Assembly: GCA_963819185.1 (NCBI GenBank)
Contig: CAWFVG010000003.1
Location: 223,984-287,983, forward strand
Direction of reading: 5' to 3'
Length of the DNA stretch: 64,000 nucleotides
Source of the DNA: Bryobacterales bacterium
Lineage (GTDB): Bacteria > Acidobacteriota > Terriglobia > Bryobacterales > Bryobacteraceae
The notes under the pieces were generated by a model. That model ran no database searches, had not been told where the DNA came from, and saw nothing but the letters and a program-made list of their open reading frames with translations. Made by a program: the position numbers and the translations under genes. This document shows, in pieces, positions 25,088 to 33,700 of the stretch. Position 1 is the stretch's first letter; each line of letters begins with the position of its first letter.

Positions 25088-25780
25088 ATGGGGCGAAAGC
25101 TATGCATCGCCATAGCGGTGTGGTTTGCCGCGAGTTCGTTTTCGATGTGGGGTTTTGCGGACCACGCTACAGCCGAGTATGGCTATACGAAACTGCAGGG
25201 GCACAGCGTGTATGTGAGTCCTGAGGCGATGGCGGACAAGGCGCTGATGGATCGGGTTCTGATTAGACTGGACGCCGACCTGAAGAAAATCCATGAGCTG
25301 CTCCCGCCCGCGGCAATGAAGCCGCTGGAAGAGGTCCCCTTCTTTATAGAGCGCGACAATCCAGGGATGACCATGGCCTACCATGGGCGGGCGAACACCG
25401 GAATCAACCCCGATAAGAGGGGTGCAGTCGAAATGAATAATATGCGGCAGTACCTGAACGCGGTTGCGTTCAAGCCGTTCCTGGTGCTGCACGAAATGTC
25501 GCACGCCTATCACGATCGCGTCCTGGGATTCGATAACGGCATCGTGAAGTGGGCCTTCGATCTGGCCGTGGCGAGCCATAAGTATGAAAGTGTAAGCCGC
25601 ATTGGCGGGACGGCGGGCAGAAAGGAACGGGCCTACGCGCTGACCAATTACATGGAATATTTCGCCGAAATCTCGTCATCCTACTGGGGCCGGAATGACT
25701 ACTACCCGTTTACCCGGACGGACTTGGCCGAATTCGACCCATCGGGACTGGCGATGCTTGAGAAGGTGTGGCTGAAGTAG
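25088..25780 (+). CDS. Secreted putative zinc metallopeptidase (HExxH)
   Basis: 230 aa. Signal peptide. LVLHEMSHAYHD contains HExxH. Family not recognised. The stop codon abuts the att repeat. Confidence 0.55.
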   Translation: MGRKLCIAIAVWFAASSFSMWGFADHATAEYGYTKLQGHSVYVSPEAMADKALMDRVLIRLDADLKKIHELLPPAAMKPLEEVPFFIERDNPGMTMAYHGRANTGINPDKRGAVEMNNMRQYLNAVAFKPFLVLHEMSHAYHDRVLGFDNGIVKWAFDLAVASHKYESVSRIGGTAGRKERAYALTNYMEYFAEISSSYWGRNDYYPFTRTDLAEFDPSGLAMLEKVWLK

Positions 25781-25804
25781 TGAGCCGGGCGGGAGTCGAA
25801 CCCG
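25780..25804. repeat. att repeat (distal copy of tRNA-Lys 3' end)
   Basis: GTGAGCCGGGCGGGAGTCGAACCCG is identical to 29283-29307 inside the intact tRNA-Lys. Confidence 0.9.
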
Positions 25805-25938
25805 AAGCGCGCGTTGCAGCAAAGTAAGTTGCTGATTCTCCGAAGCGCCGGAATAGCGCAAAACGTTGGTTTCGGGAATCCGTCGTACGTGTATCGTACA
25901 CGGAGCCGTGTTCAGATTCGCACCCGCCCGTCCCCTTC

Positions 25939-26300
25939 CGCATCGTTCCTACTTTTATCAGATCCGCAAACCCGCTGTAAAATTTCCGAGACGCTTCCCC
26001 CGCCCCTAAAAGTATCGCGTTGCGGTCCCTTGCGATTCATTCCTATGCCAGCGAAGAACGAATTCCAACTCCAGGGGAGAGACATCGAACTTTTGCACTC
26101 CGTGCATCAGCTTCGCATCGCCACCATCGATCACCTGGCCGCCCTCTCCGGCCGCTCTGTCCGCGCCCTCTGGGGCAGGCTGCATAAACTGGCCGAGCGC
26201 CGTTATCTCGGCCCCGTCGCGCGCTTCATGCAGAAGCACGTGTACGCCGTCGGCTCCGCCGGAGTCCCTCTATTAATAGAGGAGGGATTCGCTCCGGCGG
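25939..26300. repeat. Copy 1 of an internal direct duplication of about 345 bp (promoter + 5' part of the Replic_Relax gene)
   Basis: Aligns by eye with 27546-27880. Many mismatches and a roughly 24-nt length difference in the leader. Confidence 0.85.
25955..25983 (+). promoter_or_regulatory. Sigma70-like promoter TTATCA-N17-TAAAAT (copy 1)
   Basis: Hexamers at 25955-25960 and 25978-25983. Same architecture in copy 2. Confidence 0.4.
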
Positions 26301-26332
26301 TAAACATAGCCGAGACAAGGAGCTACTGGTAG
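26045..26332 (+). pseudogene. Truncated Replic_Relax (replication-relaxation) family gene, N-terminal wHTH part only
   Basis: 95 aa (MPAKNEFQLQGRDIELLHSVHQLRIATIDHLAALSGRSVRALW..). Matches residues 1 to about 85 of the 220-aa copy at 27625, then diverges and stops. Confidence 0.7.
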
Positions 26333-26362
26333 TAAGGCAGTCTCCTCGCGACGGCGCGAATG

Positions 26363-26908
26363 CTAACTACTTTTTTTTGACTTCGGAAATAACGCGGCGA
26401 CCTGGAGACCTGCACCCTTTGCGGTGGCAAGGGCCGACTTAAGCATCGCCGGCTGTTCTGCTCGCCACCGCTCGAACCGAGAACTAACAGCCTCTTTGAA
26501 TTGACCAATCTTCACATATCCTGCCCCGTGAACGGCGACCGCCTGGCGGTTGCCTCCTTCAGAAGAGGAAAAGAAGCGTTGGCGTTCGGTTTGTGAGAGG
26601 CTGAGGCGCCGGACGAGCCGTTTATCCTCAAGGCTATTCAGAAGGCGGACGATGTTGGCTTCGCCAAACCCTCGTTTTACCAGCAAGTCCGTAAGATCCT
26701 GCCGAAGCATGATGGTCTCGCCGTTCTCGTTCTGAAGGCCGTTTTGAAACAAGTGCCAGAGGATGATCCACTGACCGATGCTGATGCCGCACTCTTCCGC
26801 GACCCCGTTCAGCGCCGGCAGAAGATACGCCAAGCCGTCGAAGAACACATCCGGCAATACACGGTCTCCTTCTTCCCGGCGAGCCACGCACCTATTGTAG
26901 CGCGACAT
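26363..26908 (-). CDS. MarR-like winged-helix transcriptional regulator
   Basis: 181 aa. ISIGQWIILWHL..LRQDLTDLL..ANIVRLLNSLEDKRLVRR. AT-rich codon usage relative to the core genome. Confidence 0.6.
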   Translation of the reverse strand: MSRYNRCVARREEGDRVLPDVFFDGLAYLLPALNGVAEECGISIGQWIILWHLFQNGLQNENGETIMLRQDLTDLLVKRGFGEANIVRLLNSLEDKRLVRRLSLSQTERQRFFSSSEGGNRQAVAVHGAGYVKIGQFKEAVSSRFERWRAEQPAMLKSALATAKGAGLQVAALFPKSKKSS

Positions 26909-26920
26909 TCAATAGTTCAG

Positions 26921-26948
26921 TTGACTAAAGTCTTTTTAGAGATATACT
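26921..26948 (+). promoter_or_regulatory. Sigma70-like promoter TTGACT-N16-TATACT
   Basis: Hexamers at 26921-26926 and 26943-26948. Divergent from the MarR-like gene start (26908). Confidence 0.5.
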
Positions 26949-27025
26949 ATTCAGGAATGCACACTGCATCCGTTACTGCGAGCCAAGGGATGACTATGCC
27001 AGCGCGAGTCGGCCGTTCGTAGTAT

Positions 27026-27054
27026 AAAGCCCACGAGTCAGATTCGTGGGCTTT
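27026..27054. terminator. Perfect 11-bp stem/7-nt loop hairpin (terminator or attenuator-like)
   Basis: AAAGCCCACGA-GTCAGAT-TCGTGGGCTTT. A/T tracts on both sides. Lies about 75 nt downstream of the TATACT box. Confidence 0.5.
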
Positions 27055-27094
27055 GACGCTCGCTACTGCGAACGGCCGGAAACATGGAGGGCCC

Positions 27095-27313
27095 ATGCGT
27101 CCAGTTGAGGAAGTACCAGCAACCGCTCCGCGGACGCTTTTCGACAGTACGTCCGCTCCCAATCCTTGTCAAATAGACTCCCAGAGCCCTGAGGCTCCTG
27201 ACGCTCAGCAGGGAAATCTTGAGTGGCGAATTCGGAAAGGCCTCATCGTTGTACGCCGCGAAGAGTTGCCCGGGGGCGGTCAACGCCACGCCTTCAAAAA
27301 CTTCTTGCCATGA
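27095..27313 (+). CDS. Hypothetical protein (72 aa)
   Basis: GGAGG SD (27086-27090) 4 nt before the ATG. ATGA overlap with the next ORF suggests a translationally coupled pair. Confidence 0.45.
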   Translation: MRPVEEVPATAPRTLFDSTSAPNPCQIDSQSPEAPDAQQGNLEWRIRKGLIVVRREELPGGGQRHAFKNFLP

Positions 27314-27522
27314 CTACGATAAAAGCGCCCGAGCCCAATGGCCGCCTTAGGCAGCATGACACCGTCGAAATACTTCTCGCGGCGGCGCTGGAACGCGCAA
27401 GATATAGTAGGGACACACAGTTCGTGTATTACTATGAACGCCTCCTTATGGAGTCCGCCACTATACCGCTCTGGCCACCTGAAGAAAACGGCCGCGTTGT
27501 GAAAGCAGCCCCCCTGCGCTGA
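27310..27522 (+). CDS. Hypothetical protein (70 aa)
   Basis: MTTIKAPEPNGRLRQHDTVEILLAAALERARY... Start overlaps the stop of the previous ORF (ATGA). Confidence 0.45.
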   Translation: MTTIKAPEPNGRLRQHDTVEILLAAALERARYSRDTQFVYYYERLLMESATIPLWPPEENGRVVKAAPLR

Positions 27523-27545
27523 TGGCTACGTAGATCTTGGCACTC

Positions 27546-27880
27546 CGCAATTCCGCTCTTATCAGATCCGCAAAGCCGTGGTAGAATCACCGGGACGCTT
27601 CCCCGCCGGTCCTTATGATTCCCCATGCCAGCGAAGAACGGATTCCAACTCCAGAGGAGAGACATCGAACTTTTGCGCTCCGTGCATCAGCTTCGCATCG
27701 CCACCATCGATCACCTGGCTGAACTCTCCGGCCGCTCCGTTCGTGCCCTTTGGAGTAGGCTGCATAAGCTCACCGAGCGGCGCTATCCCGCATCCGTTGC
27801 CCGCTTCATGCAGAAGCACGTTTATGCGATCGGCTCCGCGGGATTCCAGGTATTAATAGGGGAGGGCTGCGCACCGGCGG
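27546..27880. repeat. Copy 2 of the internal direct duplication
   Basis: See 25939-26300. Includes promoter TTATCA-N17-TAGAAT (27559-27587) with TGn extended -10. Confidence 0.85.
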
Positions 27881-28287
27881 ACCTCAGGGAGAAACGCATC
27901 CGGCACTCGCTGTTCATCGCGGACATCCATACACAGCTCTTGCTCCTCACGCGCACGGGGCCTATCACTCTCACCCGCTGGCAGGAAGGATCTGCCTTAT
28001 GGGACTCCGTTCCCGGCCGCGCCGGTGAAGACGCGATCCCGATCCGTCCCGATGTGTACTTCATCCTGGAGCACGCAGGACGGCCAAGGGAGAGAGATAA
28101 ATTTCATAGTTTCTTGGAAGCGGATCGATCGACGATGAACCATGATCGGATGGCAGCGAAGATCGAGGGCTACGTCCAACGGCGGCTGGATGCCCGGAAA
28201 TATCCCGGCCTGCATTCCTTCATCGTGGCCACCGTGACGGCGACCCGAGCCCGCGCCGAAGAGTCCGGAAAGATCTGCTTCCCCTGA
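27625..28287 (+). CDS. Replic_Relax (replication-relaxation) family protein
   Basis: 220 aa. N-terminal wHTH (DIELLRSVHQLRIATIDHLAELSGRS) and IRPDVYFILE..FHSFLEADRSTM nuclease-like core, as I recall for this family. Confidence 0.65.
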   Translation: MPAKNGFQLQRRDIELLRSVHQLRIATIDHLAELSGRSVRALWSRLHKLTERRYPASVARFMQKHVYAIGSAGFQVLIGEGCAPADLREKRIRHSLFIADIHTQLLLLTRTGPITLTRWQEGSALWDSVPGRAGEDAIPIRPDVYFILEHAGRPRERDKFHSFLEADRSTMNHDRMAAKIEGYVQRRLDARKYPGLHSFIVATVTATRARAEESGKICFP

Positions 28288-28411
28288 TCCCCCGTGCCGC
28301 CGCACGCGAGGCCTACCTCTTCATCCCTTCGAGCAGCTTACGCTCGCTACACTCTTGCCGAAAGCCGCGGGCAACGCGGCGCCGTGAACTGTCGCTCTCA
28401 AGCGCGATCCG

Positions 28412-28678
28412 TTACCGGTACGTCTTCTCGGATTTCAGCGCCACCCATGCCACGTCGACAATGCGTTGCTCGCGATGAGGAAAGAAAATAATCCGGTAGT
28501 CGCCCGTGCGCTTGCGATAGTAGCCCTTCCAAGCCTTGCCCTGGAGCGCCTTCACGTCGCCCTGGAACGGGTCGTGCTCCATCTGGCTTATACTCCGTAT
28601 GACTTGCCGCCGAGCCTTTTCAGGAAGGCCATCTATGAAAGCCTGGGCGTCGTCAGCGACCCTAACGACCCAATTCAT
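28412..28678 (-). CDS. Type II toxin, RelE/ParE family
   Basis: 88 aa. ..DPFQGDVKALQGKAWKGYYRKRTGDYRIIFFPHREQRIVDVAWVALKSEKTY is the classic RelE/ParE fold pattern. Confidence 0.8.
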   Translation of the reverse strand: MNWVVRVADDAQAFIDGLPEKARRQVIRSISQMEHDPFQGDVKALQGKAWKGYYRKRTGDYRIIFFPHREQRIVDVAWVALKSEKTYR

Positions 28679-28943
28679 GCTTTACGTCGCGCCACAACTT
28701 GAAGCGACCTTGCTTGATCTGTTTCATGCCGCGTCTCACCATCTTCCCTTCCTGCGGCGTGAGGACCGTGTCATCATCCACCAAACGTTTTGCTTTAATC
28801 AGCACGCCGCCCGGCTTTTGGGTGAAGGCCACGAAATCGCCCTCTTGGATGTTGAGGGTCTCCAGGAACTCGCGAGGGATCACGACCTGCCGCCGCTGCC
28901 CCACGCGCCCGATCTTTTCAGTTGTGGCCGCTTTGCTTGCCAT
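28662..28943 (-). CDS. Type II antitoxin, AbrB/MazE/SpoVT family
   Basis: 93 aa. GQRRQVVIPREFLETLNIQEGDFVAF (swapped-hairpin motif). 17-nt overlap with the toxin gene. Confidence 0.8.
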   Translation of the reverse strand: MASKAATTEKIGRVGQRRQVVIPREFLETLNIQEGDFVAFTQKPGGVLIKAKRLVDDDTVLTPQEGKMVRRGMKQIKQGRFKLWRDVKHELGR

Positions 28944-29082
28944 GCCTTCAGATTATCTGATCGACAGAAATTGTCAAATTGCAAAGGCTTCCGAAACCTT
29001 TGCGGCGACGGTCTCGTTATCTAAGCATGGCATATAGCGTCCGAAAGACCGGGCATTCATGAAGACCATACCCATCCCGCTA

Positions 29083-29196
29083 CTACGCCGCATTTTGAAC
29101 TCCTTCGATCCAAACCGGACACCGGCGCGCGTCCAGTTTGAGGTAGCGGTCCGCGTGCGGACAGGATCTTTTGTGGCGTCGATACAGCGTCAGCAT
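29083..29196 (-). pseudogene. Tyrosine integrase remnant (N-terminal 37 codons only)
   Basis: MLTLYRRHKRSCPHADRYLKLDARRCPVWIEG resembles the Cys-rich N-terminus of tRNA-targeting integrases. No catalytic domain in any frame downstream. Adjacent to tRNA-Lys. Confidence 0.5.
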
Positions 29197-29280
29197 ACTC
29201 CGGCCTTGGCCCGAGTATCGTACCCTATCGTACGCGGCCAAGGGGAGAACCCTATCCTGCTGATTGCGCGTAAAAAACGG

Positions 29281-29356
29281 TGGTGAGCCGGGCGGGAGTC
29301 GAACCCGCGACCACCGCATTAAAAGTGCGATGCTCTACCAACTGAGCTACCGGCCC
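29281..29356 (-). tRNA. tRNA-Lys: tRNA-Lys (anticodon TTT), CCA encoded
   Basis: Reverse complement is GGGCCGGTAGCTCAGTTGGTAGAGCATCGCACTTTTAATGCGGTGGTCGCGGGTTCGACTCCCGCCCGGCTCACCA. Cloverleaf checked by hand (7-bp acceptor with one G-U, CTTTTAA anticodon loop, GGTTCGA T-loop). Confidence 0.93.
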
Positions 29357-29427
29357 GCGTTTGAGGTGTGGTCCTTTATGATAACGGTCCCGCGCGCTCC
29401 GCGTCTCGCTGTTATTGCTCCCGGCGT

Positions 29428-30786
29428 CTATTGTTCCCAACCGCCGCCCAGCGCGTTGTAGATTTGCACCAGCGCGAGCCGCTCATTCAGCCGGGCGCGC
29501 GCGAGGTTCAGTTGAGCCGCGAAATAGTTGGTCTCATTGGTGAGGACTTCGAGGTAACTCGCGGCGCCGCCGCGGTAGCGCACTTCAGAGAGATTCGCGG
29601 CGCCCTGCGCCGCGGTGGTGAGGAGATCCTGGTGCTCGCGGAAATCGCCGGATTTCGTGAAGGTGATGAGCGCATCGGAGACTTGGCGGAAGGCCTGCTG
29701 GATGGTCTCCTGGTAAGTGAGCAAGGCCTGATTCTGTTGCGCCTGCGCCAGCTTCAGATTCGCACGAAGCCTGCCCGCGGTGAAGATCGGCTGGGTGAGG
29801 GGCGCGCTGAAGTTCCATGCGGCGCCGAGAAAAAGGCTGGCCAGGCTGTTGCTCTCCGCGCCGCCACCGCCGGTCAAAGGAAGACTGGGAAAGAATTGCG
29901 CGCGCGCGACCCCGATCTGCGCATTGGCGGCAATGAGCTGCTGTTCGGCTTGCCGGATATCGGGACGGCGCTCGATCAACTCCGACGGTAAGCCGGCCGG
30001 AACAGCTTCGGGCAGCGGCTGCTCCGTGAGGGGAAGTCCGCGCGGGATGTCATGCGGATTCTCGCCCATCAGCGTGCTTAGCAGATCCTCCAGCATCGAG
30101 ATTTGGCGCTCCGTGTCCGGAATCGTCTCCGCGGCGGTCTCGACTAATTGTTCGGCTTGGCGCACGTCGAGCAGGCTGGTGGCGCCGCCGCGCTCCAGCG
30201 TATCGGTGAGCTGGAGTGACTCCTTGCGTGAGGCAAGCGTGCTCTTGGCGATATCCAGTTCCAGATCCAGTTCGCGAAGCTGAAAGTATGCCGTCGCGAC
30301 ATTTTGCACCACGGTGCTCAGCACCAGGTCCCGGTTCCAATCCGTGGCCAGCAGGCTGGCGCGTGCGGCTTCGGTGGCGCGGCGGTACTGTCCCCAAAAA
30401 TCGAGATTCCACGAAAAAGCGCCTTGCAACTCAAACGCCGCGAAACCGAACGCGGGAATTTTTTGGCCGATGCCTCCGGCCACGCCATTGACCTGCGGAA
30501 ACTCCTGGCTTCGCGCCACAGTCACCTGCGCTTGAGCCTGCAAAATGCGGGAGGCCGCGATGCGGACGTCGTAGTTCTGGTCCAGCGCGGTGCGGATCAG
30601 TTTCTGAAGTTCGGTGTCCTGAAAAACGGTCCACCATTTCTGGCTGCCCAGCGACGCCGCAGCGGAGGGCTGTTGATCGCCATTACGAAAGGATTGCGGA
30701 ACGTCGACAGTAGGGCGGCGATAATTCGGGCCGACGGTGCAGCCGGCGAGCAGCACGCTGGCTGCCAGTAGCGCCGGGGCCCTCAT
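29428..30786 (-). CDS. RND efflux outer-membrane factor lipoprotein (NodT/OprM family)
   Basis: Start at internal ATG 30786 (MRAPALLAASVLLAGC lipobox), ATGA-coupled to the RND pump stop. TolC-like repeats. The upstream part of the ORF is shadow. Confidence 0.9.
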   Translation of the reverse strand: MRAPALLAASVLLAGCTVGPNYRRPTVDVPQSFRNGDQQPSAAASLGSQKWWTVFQDTELQKLIRTALDQNYDVRIAASRILQAQAQVTVARSQEFPQVNGVAGGIGQKIPAFGFAAFELQGAFSWNLDFWGQYRRATEAARASLLATDWNRDLVLSTVVQNVATAYFQLRELDLELDIAKSTLASRKESLQLTDTLERGGATSLLDVRQAEQLVETAAETIPDTERQISMLEDLLSTLMGENPHDIPRGLPLTEQPLPEAVPAGLPSELIERRPDIRQAEQQLIAANAQIGVARAQFFPSLPLTGGGGAESNSLASLFLGAAWNFSAPLTQPIFTAGRLRANLKLAQAQQNQALLTYQETIQQAFRQVSDALITFTKSGDFREHQDLLTTAAQGAANLSEVRYRGGAASYLEVLTNETNYFAAQLNLARARLNERLALVQIYNALGGGWEQ

Positions 30787-33700
30787 CGAAGCTGTTCCAC
30801 TTCTTCGTGCGCGGGCTGCGGCGGCTTCTTCGAGAAGCGAAGCGAGAGCCGCTCTATCACGTCGAAAGTGACCGGCACGAAAAAAATGGCGATCAGTGAC
30901 GCGGCCATCATTCCTCCGATGACCGCGGTGCCCAGCACCTGGCGGGAAACCGCTCCGGAGCCGGTGGCGATCCATAGCGGAACGCAGCCCAGGATGAAGG
31001 CGAAAGCGGTCATGAGAATGGGCCTGAGGCGGATGCGTGCGCCGGTAAGCGCGGCGTCGTCCAGCGTGCGGCCTTTTTCGAATTCCGCCTTGGCGAATTC
31101 GACGATCAGAATCGCGTTCTTAGCCGCCAGGCCGATCAGCATAACCAAACCGATCTGCGCGTAGACATTGTTTTCGAACGCGCGCAGCCACAGGGTCAAG
31201 TACGCGCCGAAGACAGCCAGCGGCGTGCCCAGCAGGACGCTAAACGGCAAGGACCAGCTTTCATACAGCGCGGCCAGGATCAGGAAGACGAACAGCAAGG
31301 AGAGGCCGAAAATGGCGGACGGAGGAACTCCCTGGGAGGCTTTCTGCTCTTGAAACGACATGCCGCTATAGTCGAACCCCATTTCGCTTGGCATGGTTTG
31401 CGCGAACGTTTCTTCCAGCGCTTTGGTGGCCTGGCCGGAGCTGTAGCCGGGCGCGGCGGCGGCGTTGATTTGCGCCACGTGATACTCGTTGTAGCGCATG
31501 GTGAACTCCGGACCGGTGATGCTTTTGATAGAGGTTACGGCGCTTAGCGGAACCATCGCGCCGGCGCCGTTCGACACATAGAACTGGTTCATGTTTTCGG
31601 CGCGGGTGCGATACTCGCCTTCGGCTTCCACATAAACCTGCCATTGGCGTCCGAAGCGGTTGAAGTAGTTGACCAGATAACCGCCCATGAAGGTCTGCAA
31701 GGTCTGATACACCTGGCCGATATCGACACCCTCGCTCTCGACCTTGGCGCGGTCAACGTCGACGAATTGCTGCGGAACGCCGGGCAGGAACGTAGACGTG
31801 ACGCCGGTCAGCTCCGGACGCTTGCGCGCCGCGGCGACGAATTTGTCGACGTTTTGGCCGAGAAACTGAAGGTCGCCGCCGGAGCGGTCTTCCAGCATGA
31901 AGGTGACGCCTCCGCTGGTGCCGACACCGGGAATCGCGGGAGGAGCAAAAGAGAACGCCACGCCGTCGCGAATTTTGCTCAGCTCGCGCGTGATGTGATT
32001 ACGAATCGCCACGTACTGCTCCTCGGGCTTCTTGCGCTCATCCCAAGGTTTTTCGGTGACGAAAAAGAAAGCGTTGTAGGTATCCTGAACGCGGCTGAGC
32101 AAACTGAACCCGATCACGGAGGTGCAGCCCTGGACTCCAGGCGTGTTCATAATCACTTTTTCGACTTGTTTGGCGACCTCGCTGGTACGCTCCATGGAGG
32201 ACGCGTTGGGCAATTGCAAACTGACGTAAACGTAGCCGTAGTCTTCCTCGGGAAGAAAGGAGGTGGGGAGTTTGCCGCCAATGTAGAGCGCGGCGGCGGT
32301 GAACGCGGCCAAGGCGAGAAAGCTCAGTGCGGCCTTGCGAATTAGAAAGCCGCACAACCCGACGTAGGTCTCGGTGCCTCGACTGAAAACGCGGTTGAAC
32401 CAGCGGAAGAAGAAGCCGAACGGGCCGCGCGAGCGCGCTTGCTTCGGTTTCAGGAGCAGCGCCGAGAGCGCGGGGCTCAGCGAGAGCGCGTTGAACGCGG
32501 AAAAGATGACCGAAATCGCGATGGTGACGGCGAACTGTTGATACAGGCGGCCGGTGATTCCGGGAATGAAAATCGTGGGAATAAAAACCGCGCTCAGGAT
32601 CAGAGCGATGGCGACGACCGGTCCCGAAACCTCTTCCATGGCTTTGAACGCGGCGTCGCGGGGCGAAAGGCCTTCCTCGATGTGGCGCTGGACAGCTTCC
32701 ACCACGACGATGGCGTCGTCGACCACCAGACCGATCGCCAACACCAACCCGAATAGCGAAAGCGTGTTGATGGAGAAACCGAGCACCGGAAAGACGATGA
32801 ACACTCCGATGAGCGAAACCGGCACGGCCAGCAGCGGGATCAGCGTGGCGCGCCAGTCTTGCAGAAACACGTATACCACGACCACCACCAGCGCGAGGGC
32901 TTCCAGCAGCGTGTAGATGATATCGCGCATGCTGGCCGTGACAGCCGCCGTGGTGTCCAGGCTGACGGTGTAGGCCAGATCGGTGGGAAAGCGCTTGCTC
33001 AACTCCTGGATGCGGGCGCGCAGGCGATTCGCTGCGTCCACGGCGTTGGAGCCTGGAAGCTGATAACAGGCCAGAATCGCGGACGGCTTGCCGTTGTAAC
33101 GGCCCGCCAGGTTGTAAGTCTGCGCACCGAGCTCCAGCCGCGCCACGTCTTTGAGACGCAGCGTCGACCCGTCGGGATTGGCGCGCAGAATGATCTCGCC
33201 GAATTCCTCCGGAGTGATCAGACGGCCCTGAGCGCGCACGGTGTAGGTGAATTGCTGACCCGAAGGAATGGGCTCGCCACCAACTTGGCCCGCGGGGTTC
33301 ACGTTGTTTTGCGTCTGCAATGCCTGGATGATCTGGGGCACGGTGACGTGAAGCTTGGCGAGCTGATCCGGCTTCACCCAGACACGCATGGCGTACTGTC
33401 CCGCGCCGAAAACCTGAATCTTCGCGATTCCGGGCACGCGAGTCAGCTCGTCCACCAGGTTGATGTAGGCATAGTTCGCCAGGAACGTGCTGTCGTAGGA
33501 GCCGTTGGGAGAGCTCAGGGAGATGAGCATCATCGGCGCCGTGAGCGACTTTTGAACCACCAATCCGGCGGTGGTGACTTGAGCGGGCAATTGAGGCTGG
33601 GCTAGGGAGGTGCGGAGCTGGGTCAGCACCTGGTCAATATTCGGGTCAGTCGAGACATCGAAATCGACGGTGATCTGCGTCGATCCGCTGCTGGAGTTCA

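Larger units (their letters stand above)
25780..29307. mobile_element. Decayed integrative islet inserted in the 3' end of tRNA-Lys
   Basis: Bounded by an identical 25-bp direct repeat of the tRNA 3' end. AT-richer than the flanks. Carries an integrase N-terminal stub next to the tRNA, Replic_Relax genes, a MarR-like gene and a TA pair. Confidence 0.8.

Noticed and set aside
25814-26044. N-terminal part of ORF 25814-26332
   Set aside because: It runs through the att repeat, the arm-site region and the predicted promoter. The homologous full-length gene at 27625 starts at the equivalent of 26045 (MPAKN..).
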